From Deltaproteobacteria bacterium (lineage in GTDB: Bacteria > Desulfobacterota > Syntrophia > Syntrophales > UBA2210): a DNA stretch of 28,815 nucleotides. The stretch's first letter is position 1; every line of letters starts with the position of its first letter. The position numbers were made by a program, and so were the translations under genes. Of the stretch, positions 7,634 to 17,332 are shown piece by piece. The notes below the pieces were generated by a model. The model saw nothing but the letters and a program-made list of their open reading frames with translations, was not told the origin of the DNA and did not search any database. Location of the stretch: positions 1 to 28,815 of the forward strand of contig JAFDAR010000008.1 in NCBI GenBank assembly GCA_019313735.1. Direction: 5' to 3'.

Positions 7634-8395
7634 ATGAAAATGTCAGGCGGAAAACCTCTGGATGGGAAAATAGCGCTGGTAACGGGTAGTTCGAGGGGGA
7701 TTGGAAGAGCCATTGCGGTGGAGCTTGCCCGCGCGGGGGCTTTTATCTTCATAAACTATGTCAGAGGTGAAGAGGCGGCCCGCAAGACGCTGAAGATTAT
7801 GGAGGACCGGGGGGACAAGGGAAGTCTGCTGAGTTTTAACGTGTCGGATTTCGATGCCGTTCAGGATGCCATAAGGGGCATAACGGAAGAAAAAGGCAGA
7901 ATCGACATCCTGATAAATAATGCCGGTATAACTTTAGATGGTATATTTGTAAGGACAAAGCCTGAAGAGTGGGACAATGTCATAGACATAAACCTCAAAG
8001 GGGTTTTTAATTGCTGCCGAGCCGCAACCAGATACATGATGAAACAGAGATGGGGGCGGATCGTAAATATGACCTCGGTAGTAGCCCTGTCCGGGAATGC
8101 CGGACAGGTGTGCTATTCCGCATCCAAAGCGGGGATTGTGGGATTGACGAAGTCCCTGGCCAGGGAACTGGGTTCAAGGAATATATGTATCAATGCCGTC
8201 GCGCCGGGATTCATTGAAACCGATATGACGGTGTCCATTGGGGAGAAGAGCAGGGAAAAGGTAATAGACCAGATACCGCTGGGAAGAACGGGCACGCCGG
8301 ATGACGTTGCCGGTGTTGTGGCATTCCTGGTTTCCGGGAAGGCCGATTATATCACCGGGCAGGTGATACACGTCAATGGTGGACTTTACATGTAG
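7634..8395 (+). CDS. fabG: 3-oxoacyl-ACP reductase
   Basis: TGSSRGIG, INNAGIT.D, YSASKAG, NAVAPGFIETDM, ITGQVIHVNGG. Confidence 0.96.
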   Translation: MKMSGGKPLDGKIALVTGSSRGIGRAIAVELARAGAFIFINYVRGEEAARKTLKIMEDRGDKGSLLSFNVSDFDAVQDAIRGITEEKGRIDILINNAGITLDGIFVRTKPEEWDNVIDINLKGVFNCCRAATRYMMKQRWGRIVNMTSVVALSGNAGQVCYSASKAGIVGLTKSLARELGSRNICINAVAPGFIETDMTVSIGEKSREKVIDQIPLGRTGTPDDVAGVVAFLVSGKADYITGQVIHVNGGLYM

Positions 8396-8413
8396 TCCCG
8401 ACTTGTCGGGACT
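8394..8413. repeat. TCCCGAC-NN-GTCGGGA mini-hairpin
   Basis: agtcccgac-tt-gtcgggact overlapping the fabG TAG. Confidence 0.75.
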
Positions 8414-8468
8414 GTTTTGAGATAAGTATTGTGACATGTACTTTGAAATACAATTAGGAGGAAGCTAA

Positions 8469-8714
8469 ATGACAGTTAATGTCGATGAAAAGGTAAAAGA
8501 GGTTATTATTGAACAGTTGAACATAACAGAGGAAGAATGTGTGCCCGATGCCTCATTTATAGATGATCTTGGGGCCGACTCCCTCGACATAGTTGAACTG
8601 ATTATGGCTATGGAGGATAATTTCAGCATAGATATATCGGATGACGATCTGATGAAGATACGCACAGTCCAGGATATTGTTGATTATATAAAGGAAAGAA
8701 TGTCACAGTCATGA
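8469..8714 (+). CDS. acpP: acyl carrier protein
   Basis: [27 protein letters not shown] phosphopantetheine motif. Confidence 0.97.
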   Translation: MTVNVDEKVKEVIIEQLNITEEECVPDASFIDDLGADSLDIVELIMAMEDNFSIDISDDDLMKIRTVQDIVDYIKERMSQS

Positions 8715-9958
8715 TGTCAAGAAGACGGGTTGTGATAACAGGGCTTGGTATTGTAAGCCCCCTGGGTAATTGCCTGGAAGATGCATGGAAGGGGATATGC
8801 TCCGGGAGGTCCGGTATTGCGGAGATTACCAGGTTCGACACAACCGGATTCAAGACAAAAATAGCGGGTGAATTAAAGAATTTTGATCCCCTGACCTTTG
8901 TAGATTCCAAGGAGCGCCGCAGGCTGGATGATTTCATCATCTATGCCCTGGCGGCTTCAGAGATGGCGTTGAACGATTCCGGTCTGGTGATAGATGACAG
9001 AAATGCAGAGAAGGTGGGTGTTATATTGGGTTCAGCGATAGGGGGCCTGTCCACCATGGAGAAGGAAAAGGAGACCATCCTCAACCTGGGACCGAAAAAA
9101 ATGTCCCCTTTTGCGATTCCGGCGGTATTGGCAAACCTTGCTCCGGGGCATGTATCTATACGATTTGGCGCCAAGGGTCCCATAAGTTGTGTCGTGACGG
9201 CGTGCGCCTCGGGCAATAATGCCATCAGCGACGCTTTCAGAACCATAGCCTGCGGTTACGCTGACGCCATGATAGCGGGTGGTACGGAGGCGGCCGTCAC
9301 CCCTCTTACAATAGCAGGATTCAACGCCATGAGGGCGATATCAACCAGAAACGAGGAACCGGAAAGGGCGAGCAGGCCATTCGACAGAGACAGGGATGGA
9401 TTTATCGTAAGTGAGGGATGTGGCATATTAATCCTTGAAGAGTTGTCCCATGCCCTTGAAAGGGGTGCCAGGATACATGCCGAGATTGCCGGAACAGGGT
9501 CAACCAGTGATGCCTTTCACATGGCGGCCCCGCCCCCTGGGCATGCGGGAGCAGTCAGATGTATGCGGCTTGCCCTGCAGGACGCCGGGATGGAACCCAC
9601 AGATATCGATTACATAAATGCGCATGGCACATCGACGCCTCTCAACGACATATATGAGACGGACGCGATAAAAAAGGTCTTTGGCGGATACAGCGGGAAA
9701 CTTGCCGTCAGCTCGACAAAGTCCATGACAGGTCATATGCTGGGCGCCGCGGGTGGTGTTGAGGCCATCTTTTCTGTCAAGGCTATACAGGAGGGGATTG
9801 TACCCCCGACGATAAATCTGGACAATCCGGATCCGGAATGTGACCTGAATTATACACCACACACGGCGCAACGCAGGAAAATCAGGGCTGCCATGTCGAA
9901 CACTTTTGGATTTGGCGGCGTAAATTCGGTTGTTGTGTTTAAGAAATTTGAAGGTTAA
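8711..9958 (+). CDS. fabF: beta-ketoacyl-ACP synthase II
   Basis: RRVVITGLG, catalytic [35 protein letters not shown]. Confidence 0.96.
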   Translation: MMSRRRVVITGLGIVSPLGNCLEDAWKGICSGRSGIAEITRFDTTGFKTKIAGELKNFDPLTFVDSKERRRLDDFIIYALAASEMALNDSGLVIDDRNAEKVGVILGSAIGGLSTMEKEKETILNLGPKKMSPFAIPAVLANLAPGHVSIRFGAKGPISCVVTACASGNNAISDAFRTIACGYADAMIAGGTEAAVTPLTIAGFNAMRAISTRNEEPERASRPFDRDRDGFIVSEGCGILILEELSHALERGARIHAEIAGTGSTSDAFHMAAPPPGHAGAVRCMRLALQDAGMEPTDIDYINAHGTSTPLNDIYETDAIKKVFGGYSGKLAVSSTKSMTGHMLGAAGGVEAIFSVKAIQEGIVPPTINLDNPDPECDLNYTPHTAQRRKIRAAMSNTFGFGGVNSVVVFKKFEG

Positions 9959-10100
9959 AAGACCTTTGCACAATGTTCAATTTCGTTCAAGTTCAAGGAA
10001 GACGACAATTTTAATCGTAGGGATACATTAAGTATTTCGAAAATTAAAATTTGAGTCTGACACCGAAATTGGGCGAAAGGGGACGTTGTGCAAAGATCTC
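9959..10100 (+). mobile_element. 142-bp MITE copy C
   Basis: About 22 mismatches against copy A by manual alignment, no indels. 5-bp direct repeat GTTAA at 9954-9958 (contains the fabF stop) and 10101-10105. Confidence 0.93.
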
Positions 10101-10116
10101 GTTAAGGGGACTCATC

Positions 10117-10551
10117 TTGAAGATCATTATAGGCTCCGATCATGCCGGATTTGCTTTAAAGGAAGCGCTCAAGGAGTCTTTCGGCGGGATGGTGGATGTT
10201 GGCACTTACAGTGAGGACTCTGTAGATTATCCCGATTTTGCCGCCATGGTGGCTCGCGCGATCTCTTCGGGAGAATTTGAGAAGGGGATTCTCATCTGTG
10301 GCTCCGGAGTGGGCATGTCAATAGTAGCGAACAGATTTCCCGGTGTAAGGGCCGCCCTCTGTACTGACACCGATACAGCCCGCATGAGCAGAATGCATAA
10401 CGATGCTAATATACTCGTCCTCGCTGGAAGACACACGGACGTGGAAACGGCGATAGCTATTGTCAAGGTGTGGTCCGATACTGAATTTGAGGGTGGGCGC
10501 CACCAGAGGCGGCTCGACAAGATAAAAAATATTGAGGGGGAAGATAAATAA
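10117..10551 (+). CDS. rpiB: ribose-5-phosphate isomerase B
   Basis: AAGGGG RBS and TTG start. [39 protein letters not shown]. The track's extra 22 N-terminal residues come mostly from the MITE. Confidence 0.95.
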   Translation: MKIIIGSDHAGFALKEALKESFGGMVDVGTYSEDSVDYPDFAAMVARAISSGEFEKGILICGSGVGMSIVANRFPGVRAALCTDTDTARMSRMHNDANILVLAGRHTDVETAIAIVKVWSDTEFEGGRHQRRLDKIKNIEGEDK

Positions 10552-11807
10552 TGTCCGTTTTGTGGAATAGAGATCCGGAAATAGCCCGGGCTATACTTGA
10601 TGAAACCAAAAGGCAGGCCGGCAAACTCGAGCTCATTGCCTCGGAGAATTTTGTAAGTGAGGCGGTGCTTGAGGCCCAGGGTTGCATTATGACGAACAAA
10701 TATGCGGAAGGGTATCCAGGCAAGAGATACTACGGCGGGTGCGAATTTGTCGATGTCGCGGAAAACCTTGCCATAGAGCGCGCAAAAAGACTCTTCGGCG
10801 CCGATCATGTAAATGTTCAGCCACACTCCGGAAGCCAGGCAAATATGGCGGTCTATTTCGCCACACTCCAGCCCGGCGATACTGTTCTGGGAATGAATCT
10901 CTCCCATGGCGGGCATTTGACACATGGAAGTCCTGTAAATTTTTCAGGAAGACTTTATAATGTCGTTTCGTACGGTGTGGACAAAGAGACGGAAACCATA
11001 GATTTCAACGAGGTCGAAGATCAGGCCAAAAAGCATCATCCCAAAGTTATTGTCGTTGGCGCAAGTGCCTACCCAAGGACCATTGACTTTGAGGCATTCA
11101 GAGAGATCGCGGACAAAACCGGAGCGGTTATCATGGCGGATATCGCTCACATAGCGGGACTCGTCGCTACAGGTTTGCACCCATCTCCTGTTCCTGTTTG
11201 TGAATTTGTCACATCGACAACTCACAAAACACTGCGCGGTCCGAGGGGCGGGCTGATCATGTGCAAGGAAGAATTCGCCAAAACATTGAACAGCCGCGTT
11301 TTTCCGGGAAGCCAGGGCGGACCTTTAATGCATATCATCGCGGCCAAGGCGGTCGCATTTAAGGAGGCCCTTGAACCGGAGTTCAGAGATTACCAGCTTC
11401 AGATTGTGAAAAACGCCAAAGCCCTGGCAGAGGCCATGACAGACGAGGGACTTCGCCTTGTCTCCGGAGGCACCGATAACCACCTGATCCTGATAGATTT
11501 AACTGACAAAGGCGTTACTGGAAAAGACGCCGAAGCCGCACTCGACAGGGCAGGGATAACCACAAACAAAAACGGCATACCATTTGATACAAAGGGTCCC
11601 ATGATCACCAGCGGCATAAGAGTTGGCACACCCGCCCTGACGACGAGGGGGATGAAAGAAGAGGAAATGAGGAAGATAGCACACCTTATGGCTCACATTA
11701 TTGATGATGTCGATAATGAAGACCATATAAAGGAGGTCAGAGAAGAAGTAGGCTCCCTGTGTGAAAGATTTCCCCTTTACAAAAACAGGATGGAAGAACA
11801 CATTTGA
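10551..11807 (+). CDS. glyA: serine hydroxymethyltransferase
   Basis: [35 protein letters not shown] lysine motif [25 protein letters not shown] coupling to rpiB. Confidence 0.97.
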   Translation: MSVLWNRDPEIARAILDETKRQAGKLELIASENFVSEAVLEAQGCIMTNKYAEGYPGKRYYGGCEFVDVAENLAIERAKRLFGADHVNVQPHSGSQANMAVYFATLQPGDTVLGMNLSHGGHLTHGSPVNFSGRLYNVVSYGVDKETETIDFNEVEDQAKKHHPKVIVVGASAYPRTIDFEAFREIADKTGAVIMADIAHIAGLVATGLHPSPVPVCEFVTSTTHKTLRGPRGGLIMCKEEFAKTLNSRVFPGSQGGPLMHIIAAKAVAFKEALEPEFRDYQLQIVKNAKALAEAMTDEGLRLVSGGTDNHLILIDLTDKGVTGKDAEAALDRAGITTNKNGIPFDTKGPMITSGIRVGTPALTTRGMKEEEMRKIAHLMAHIIDDVDNEDHIKEVREEVGSLCERFPLYKNRMEEHI

Positions 11808-11843
11808 CATCGTGGTGAGTGGCTGAATAAGGAAACGCGGAAT

Positions 11844-12302
11844 ATGAAGCACGAAACACAGACCGGGCGTCCTTCCTGGGATCAATATTTTATGGACATT
11901 GTTGAACTTGTGTCGAGGCGTTCCACATGCCTGAGACGCAAGGTTGGAGCTGTCCTTGTAAGGGACAAGCGAATGCTGGCAACAGGCTACAACGGGCCGC
12001 CTACCGGAATAAGACACTGCGCGGAGGTCGGTTGTCTGAGAGATAAGATGGGTATACCGTCAGGCGAGCGGCAGGAGCTGTGCCGGGGACTTCACGCTGA
12101 GCAGAACGCTATCATTCAGGCTGCTCTTCATGGCGTCAGCACGAAAGACGCGACGATTTACTGCACTAACCACCCGTGTATAATATGCTCCAAGATGATC
12201 ATAAATTCCGGGATAACCGCCGTCATCTATAAGGATGACTATAACGATGATCTTGCCAAAGAGATGCTGAAAGAAGCGGGTATAAAGGTGAGAAAATTAT
12301 GA
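11844..12302 (+). CDS. dCMP deaminase / ComEB-family Zn deaminase
   Basis: [36 protein letters not shown]. Confidence 0.92.
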   Translation: MKHETQTGRPSWDQYFMDIVELVSRRSTCLRRKVGAVLVRDKRMLATGYNGPPTGIRHCAEVGCLRDKMGIPSGERQELCRGLHAEQNAIIQAALHGVSTKDATIYCTNHPCIICSKMIINSGITAVIYKDDYNDDLAKEMLKEAGIKVRKL

Positions 12303-12757
12303 ATTGTCCCTTCTGCTCCAACGCAGAAAACAGGGTTATTGATTCGCGGGTAAGCAGAGACGGCAACGCGATACGAAGGCGGAGAGAATGCCTGAAATGC
12401 AAGAAACGATTCACTACCTACGAATATGTTGAAGATGTTCTTCCCGTGGTGGTGAAAAAGGATGGCAGGAGAGAGTCCTTTGACAGGGGCAAGATCTTTT
12501 CAGGGATAAAAAAGGCGTGTGAAAAACGCCCGATCAGCATGGAAGCTATAGAACAATCAGTTGACAGGATTGAGCAGGAGTGTCAGGAATCTCAGCTGAA
12601 GGAGATACCCACTCACGTTATAGGTGAAAAGATCATGGAGGAGCTTCATGCTCTGGATGGAGTAGCCTATGTAAGATTCGCGTCTGTGTATAGAGAGTTC
12701 AGGGACGTGAATGAATTTATAGATGAGCTGAAAGGTTTTCTCAAAAAGGACAGGTAA
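12299..12757 (+). CDS. nrdR: transcriptional repressor NrdR
   Basis: MNCPFC...VIDSR...IRRRREC..C..RFTTYE, ATP cone, [13 protein letters not shown]. Confidence 0.97.
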   Translation: MNCPFCSNAENRVIDSRVSRDGNAIRRRRECLKCKKRFTTYEYVEDVLPVVVKKDGRRESFDRGKIFSGIKKACEKRPISMEAIEQSVDRIEQECQESQLKEIPTHVIGEKIMEELHALDGVAYVRFASVYREFRDVNEFIDELKGFLKKDR

Positions 12758-13331
12758 TGTTTACCGGTATTATTGAAAGTGCAGGCATTGTAAAAGGGAC
12801 AGCCAGAAGGGGAGAGGATGTCCTACTTAGCATAAGCACATCAATGGGGCTTGGCGATATCAAGGTAGGCGACAGTGTGGCGGTAAGCGGTGCCTGTCTC
12901 ACCGTTGTTGAAGTTATGGATGGCAGTTTTTCGGCGGATGTTTCAGCGGAAACCCTTGCAAAGACAACCCTGAAGGCGTTGAAGATCGGGGACAGGGTCA
13001 ACCTGGAGAAGGCCCTTAAATTGAATGCTTTCCTTGGTGGACATTTTGTGCTGGGGCATGTCGATTGCGTCAAGAGCAGGGCAGGTATATCGTACAAAAA
13101 GGTTCTATTGCGGTGGACGGTATCAGCCTTACTGTCAATAAATATGAAAAAAACAGATTTTATGTTAATATTATTCCTCACACCACTCGGGAGACAACGC
13201 TTGGGTCAAAGAAGGCAGGCGACCAGGTCAATGTGGAGACAGACATCCTGGGAAAATATGTGGAACGATTCGTCCATCCCGACAGGGGAATCGATGAGGA
13301 TTTTCTGTCGAAGCATGGATTTTTTAAATAA
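12757..13331 (+). pseudogene. ribE: riboflavin synthase (alpha chain) with internal deletion and frameshift
   Basis: MFTGIIE...GACLT...VNLEKA...GGHFVLGHVDC in one frame to ~13071. The second repeat RYIVQKGSIAVDGISLTVN...IIPHT...VNVETDILGKYV is in another frame. Roughly 25 linker codons appear missing. Confidence 0.88.
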
Positions 13332-13370
13332 CGATGTCAGAGAAAAATAGATAAGGATAAGAGGAGCAAG

Positions 13371-14367
13371 ATGGTTAGTACGATACAAGAGGCCATTGAA
13401 GATATAAAAAACGGCAAGATGGTTATACTGGTTGACGATGAAGACAGGGAGAATGAGGGTGATTTATGCATGGCCGCGCAGTATGATATTGGCAGCGGTT
13501 GCCGACGATGCAAAGCCCGACGATCTGGTAAGTCCGGGACATGTCTTCCCCTTACGAGCAAAGAAAGGAGGTGTCCTGGTCCGGACTGGACAGACCGAGG
13601 GATCCGTTGATCTGGCCAGACTGGCGTATCTGAAACCAGCGGGCGTTATCTGCGAGATCATGAAAGAGGATGGTTCCATGGCGAGAATGCCCGACTTGGA
13701 AATCTTCGCTGAAAAACATGGCATCAAAATTGTCACAGTTGCCGATGTTATAGATTTCAGAATGCAGCATGAACGCCTTATAAGAAGGGTTGCCGAAGCG
13801 ACGCTTCCCACCAGATACGGTGGGGAATTTAAGATTATCGTCTATGAAAACGATGTGGACGAAATGAAGCATATAGCTCTCGTCAAGGGTGATATACAGC
13901 CCGAGGACGAGGTGCTTGTCCGGGTGCATTCCGAGTGCGTTACCGGTGATCTCTTCGGGTCGCTACGTTGTGATTGTGGTGACCAGCTTCACAAGGCCAT
14001 GGAAATGGTGGACAAAGAAGGAAAAGGTGTCATAGTGTATATGCACCAAGAGGGGAGAGGGATCGGACTCGCGAACAAGATAAAGGCCTATAATCTGCAG
14101 GATCATGGAAGGGATACCGTCGAGGCGAATCTTGAACTGGGGTTCAAAAATGATCTCAGAGATTACGGAATAGGAGCGCAGATCCTTGTTGATCTGGGAG
14201 TCAGAAAGATGCGCCTGATGACGAACAATCCCAAAAAGATTGTAGGGGTTGAAGGGTACGGTGTAAAAGTCGTGGAGAGGGTTCCCATCGAGATCAGGCC
14301 GAACGAGAACAACATTCGCTATCTGAAAACAAAGAAGGATAAGATGGGGCATTTACTGGAAATATAA
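13371..14367 (+). pseudogene. ribBA: bifunctional DHBP synthase / GTP cyclohydrolase II with large deletion and frameshift
   Basis: [13 protein letters not shown]...[16 protein letters not shown] (37 aa) jumps at ~13483 to ILAAV..PGHVFPL...GQTEG...ICEIM and GCH-II VRVHSECVTGD..GSLRCDCG..QEGRGIG...RDYGIGAQIL. About 70 codons of RibB are missing relative to typical ~400-aa RibBA. Confidence 0.9.
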
Positions 14368-14370
14368 CAA

Positions 14371-14470
14371 TGATAGTTTCGTGAAAGTCTGATTCTGATC
14401 ACTTTCGAAACAATAACTCACCCGAATCTGTTGTGACCGAATCGCCAGTCAGCTTTTTGCAAAACCGTCA
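14371..14470. repeat. degenerate ~100-bp inverted-repeat-bounded intergenic element
   Basis: Left tgatagtttcgtgaaagtc, right gctttttgcaaaaccgtca. Related to ttcgtaaaaagtc arms at 3049-3066 and 18916-18934. Confidence 0.45.
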
Positions 14471-14491
14471 GAAATGAATGGAGAACCTGTT

Positions 14492-14956
14492 ATGCCGAAA
14501 ATCATAGAGGGAAAGATCGTTGCCAAAGGACTCAGGTTTGGTATAGTAGCCAGCCGATTTAATGATTTCATCTGCGGAAAACTCATAGAAGGGGCGCTGG
14601 ATGCCCTGAAAAGATCGGGAGGGGATGAAAAAGACATCAGTATCGTGAGGGTTCCAGGCGCCTTTGAGATACCGCTCGCGGCAAAGAAGCTTGCAAAAAG
14701 CGGCAGCTTTGATGCGATTATATGCCTTGGAGCCGTAATAAGAGGTGCCACTCCCCATTTTGAGTATATAAGTTCTGAGGTGTCTAAAGGCATCGCACTC
14801 GTGGCATTGGAAACAGAAACGCCGGTTGCTTTCGGTATCATTACATCTGACACGATAGAACAGGCTATAGAGAGGGCTGGAACAAAATCAGGCAACAAGG
14901 GATGGGATGCCGCGATATCAGCCATCGAAATGGCCAACCTTTTTAAGTTGTTGTAA
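14492..14956 (+). CDS. ribH: 6,7-dimethyl-8-ribityllumazine synthase
   Basis: [49 protein letters not shown]. Appears intact. Confidence 0.96.
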   Translation: MPKIIEGKIVAKGLRFGIVASRFNDFICGKLIEGALDALKRSGGDEKDISIVRVPGAFEIPLAAKKLAKSGSFDAIICLGAVIRGATPHFEYISSEVSKGIALVALETETPVAFGIITSDTIEQAIERAGTKSGNKGWDAAISAIEMANLFKLL

Positions 14957-14977
14957 TTACTATCCGAACCAGAGGAA

Positions 14978-15400
14978 TTGATGGGTCACAGAAGGAAGGC
15001 AAGAGAGATTGCCCTGCAGGTTCTCTATCAGGTTGATGCTTCGAGAATCGATGTTGATGAAGCAATAGAGCTCTTCCGGGATGGCTTCGGAATACCGCAG
15101 GAGTTGGCTGAATTCTCCACGCAGTTGGTAAAATGTACCCTGGATCATATTAAAGAAATAGATGCTCTTATAAGAAATTGTTCCGAACACTGGTCACTGG
15201 AACGTATGCCGACGGTGGATAAAAATATCCTCAGAATGGCGGTTTACGAATTCCTGTACTGCGACGATATCCCCCCGAAGGTGACCCTGAACGAAGCAAT
15301 TGACATAGGGAAAAATTATGGTTCGGACAACTCGGGTTCTTTTATAAATGGCATTCTTGATGCCATATATGCGAAGCTCTGGGGAAAAGATGAAAATTAA
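14978..15400 (+). CDS. nusB: transcription antitermination factor NusB
   Basis: RRKAREIALQVLYQ, WSLERM..VDKNILR, KVTLNEAIDIGK.YG...SGSFINGILD. Confidence 0.96.
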   Translation: MMGHRRKAREIALQVLYQVDASRIDVDEAIELFRDGFGIPQELAEFSTQLVKCTLDHIKEIDALIRNCSEHWSLERMPTVDKNILRMAVYEFLYCDDIPPKVTLNEAIDIGKNYGSDNSGSFINGILDAIYAKLWGKDEN

Positions 15401-15962
15401 GGTATTGTCGGAATCGTTGGATGGGTTGGCATATGATGGATTGGCCTTGGGATTCTTCTCTGATGAAAGGCCTCCAAGGGGGTATTGCGGTCTTGCGGAT
15501 TGGCGCCTGAACGGTCTGATATCAAAGCTGATTGTGGAAGGCAGAATCACCGGTGCCTTCATGGAGAAGACCCTCGTCTTTTCTAATCATCGGACACCTT
15601 CCTCAAAGATATTCCTTATGGGCCTGGGAGAATCAACTCAATTGACATATGAAAAATTATATGCGGCGGGATCCACTATCTCGCAAACGCTGAATGAGAT
15701 AGAATGTGCCGACTTAGTCTTTGACATCCCCTGCTCCTGCAGATGTAATCTGGAGGTACCCAGGATGACGGTGGCAATGATATCGGGAGTATTCGATTTC
15801 TGTGATCGGGAACAGAAGGATATAACATCCGACATGATAGTGCTGAGTGACAAGAACTTCTTTGATGAAGTCGTCCTGGGAATGCATGAGTTTAAGGTAA
15901 GCGTAAAGGACAGAGTTGCGGTTGATATAATAGATCAGGCTGCATCTGTGAGGGTTTTATAG
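15390..15962 (+). CDS. stand-alone peptidase M17 (leucyl aminopeptidase) N-terminal-domain-like protein
   Basis: LALGFFSDERPPRG..GLADWRLNG.IS...G.F.EKTL...KIFLMGLG resembles the M17 N-terminal domain. No catalytic C-terminal domain. Overlaps nusB by 11 bp. Confidence 0.7.
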   Translation: MKIKVLSESLDGLAYDGLALGFFSDERPPRGYCGLADWRLNGLISKLIVEGRITGAFMEKTLVFSNHRTPSSKIFLMGLGESTQLTYEKLYAAGSTISQTLNEIECADLVFDIPCSCRCNLEVPRMTVAMISGVFDFCDREQKDITSDMIVLSDKNFFDEVVLGMHEFKVSVKDRVAVDIIDQAASVRVL

Positions 15963-15964
15963 AA

Positions 15965-17332
15965 ATGAGAGTCATCGTCATAGGGGCCGGGGAAGTCGGT
16001 TATAATATTTCAGATATTCTCTCTAAGGAGGGGAATGATATAGTTATTATCGACAAAGATGAAGAGTGCCTGAAGAATATCTCCGAGAATCTGGATGTGC
16101 AGACCATAGTGGGCAGTGGAAGCAGCCCGCAGGTGCTGAAAAAGGCAAAACTGAGTCAGGCCGAGATGGTTGTTGCCGTTACCGATAGTGATGAAACCAA
16201 CATAGTGGCATGTCTCCTCGCTTCCGCTCAATCAACGTCCCCATTCAAGATCGCAAGGATAAGAAACCCTGACCTGAACAGGGATTCCGCTCTCTTCGAT
16301 AAGGATCATCTGAACATAGACCTCTGTATAAACCCGGAAAGAGAAGCGGTGAATGACGTCATCAACCTCATGGAATACTCGGGAGCTTTGGAGGTTATAG
16401 ATTTTGCCGGAGGCAGGGTCAAACTCGTATCATTCTATATAGATCCGGATTGTGTTGCCATAGGGAAAAACCTGCAGCAGCTCAGGGAGATATATGGTGA
16501 AGGTGTCCTTATTGCCTCTATCACGCGTGGAGATGAACCTATCATACCCTCCGGGAAGACAGTGATCAAAGAAAAAGACCATCTGTTTGTATTCGCCAGA
16601 TCAGAAGATGTAAGAGATGTGCTCAGATTCTTCGGCAAAACAGCAGAACCTTCAGAGAGGGTGTTTATCCTGGGTGGAGATGACATAGCTCTCATGCTTG
16701 CGGAGTTGCTCGAAAAAAAGGGGGTTGACACAATAAAGATTATCGAAAAGAGGCAGGACAGGTGCGAAATGCTTGCCTCCAGGCTGAACAGGACCATCTG
16801 CCTCCATGGAGACGGGACAAGCCAGGACCTGCTCAAAGAAGAGAACATACAGGATGCCGATTACTTCATCGCGGCTACAAGTGATGAAGAGGCGAACATC
16901 CTGGGCGCTCTCCTGGCAAAGCAACTCGGAGCCAAAAAAGTCATATCGCTTGTCAATAAAGCCGACTACAACCATCTTGTTCCCATGATAGGCATCGACG
17001 GTGTTATGAACCCGAGGCGTGCCACTATCGGCAAGATACTGCACTTCATAAGAAAGGGTAAGGTCATCTCCGCGACACCCCTCGGCGATGAAAAGGCGGA
17101 AGCAGTTGAATTCATCGCACTTGAAACATCCGATATAACGAACAAACCTCTGAAAGATATCAAATTTCCAAAGGGCACCATTATCGGGACAATTACCAGA
17201 GATGATGAGGTGATAATTCCCGGAGGCGATTCCGTTATACTTCCGGGAGATCACGTTATACTGGTGGCTCTCCGTTCTTCAATTCCGCAGATCGAGAAGA
17301 TCCTTGCGGTCAAGCTGGATTATTTCGGATGA
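15965..17332 (+). CDS. trkA: Trk potassium uptake NAD-binding subunit
   Basis: 455 aa, two RCK_N/RCK_C repeats: VIGAGEVG, AVTDSDETN, LHGDGT, TSDEEANIL. Confidence 0.95.
   Translation: MRVIVIGAGEVGYNISDILSKEGNDIVIIDKDEECLKNISENLDVQTIVGSGSSPQVLKKAKLSQAEMVVAVTDSDETNIVACLLASAQSTSPFKIARIRNPDLNRDSALFDKDHLNIDLCINPEREAVNDVINLMEYSGALEVIDFAGGRVKLVSFYIDPDCVAIGKNLQQLREIYGEGVLIASITRGDEPIIPSGKTVIKEKDHLFVFARSEDVRDVLRFFGKTAEPSERVFILGGDDIALMLAELLEKKGVDTIKIIEKRQDRCEMLASRLNRTICLHGDGTSQDLLKEENIQDADYFIAATSDEEANILGALLAKQLGAKKVISLVNKADYNHLVPMIGIDGVMNPRRATIGKILHFIRKGKVISATPLGDEKAEAVEFIALETSDITNKPLKDIKFPKGTIIGTITRDDEVIIPGGDSVILPGDHVILVALRSSIPQIEKILAVKLDYFG

Noticed and set aside
11808-12757. FMN riboswitch ahead of the rib genes
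   Set aside because: No intergenic space or RFN consensus; the rib genes are translationally coupled to nrdR.
13065-13610. Programmed frameshifting to explain split ribE and ribBA
   Set aside because: Conserved residues are physically missing at both junctions and no slippery sequence is present, so recoding could not restore the proteins.
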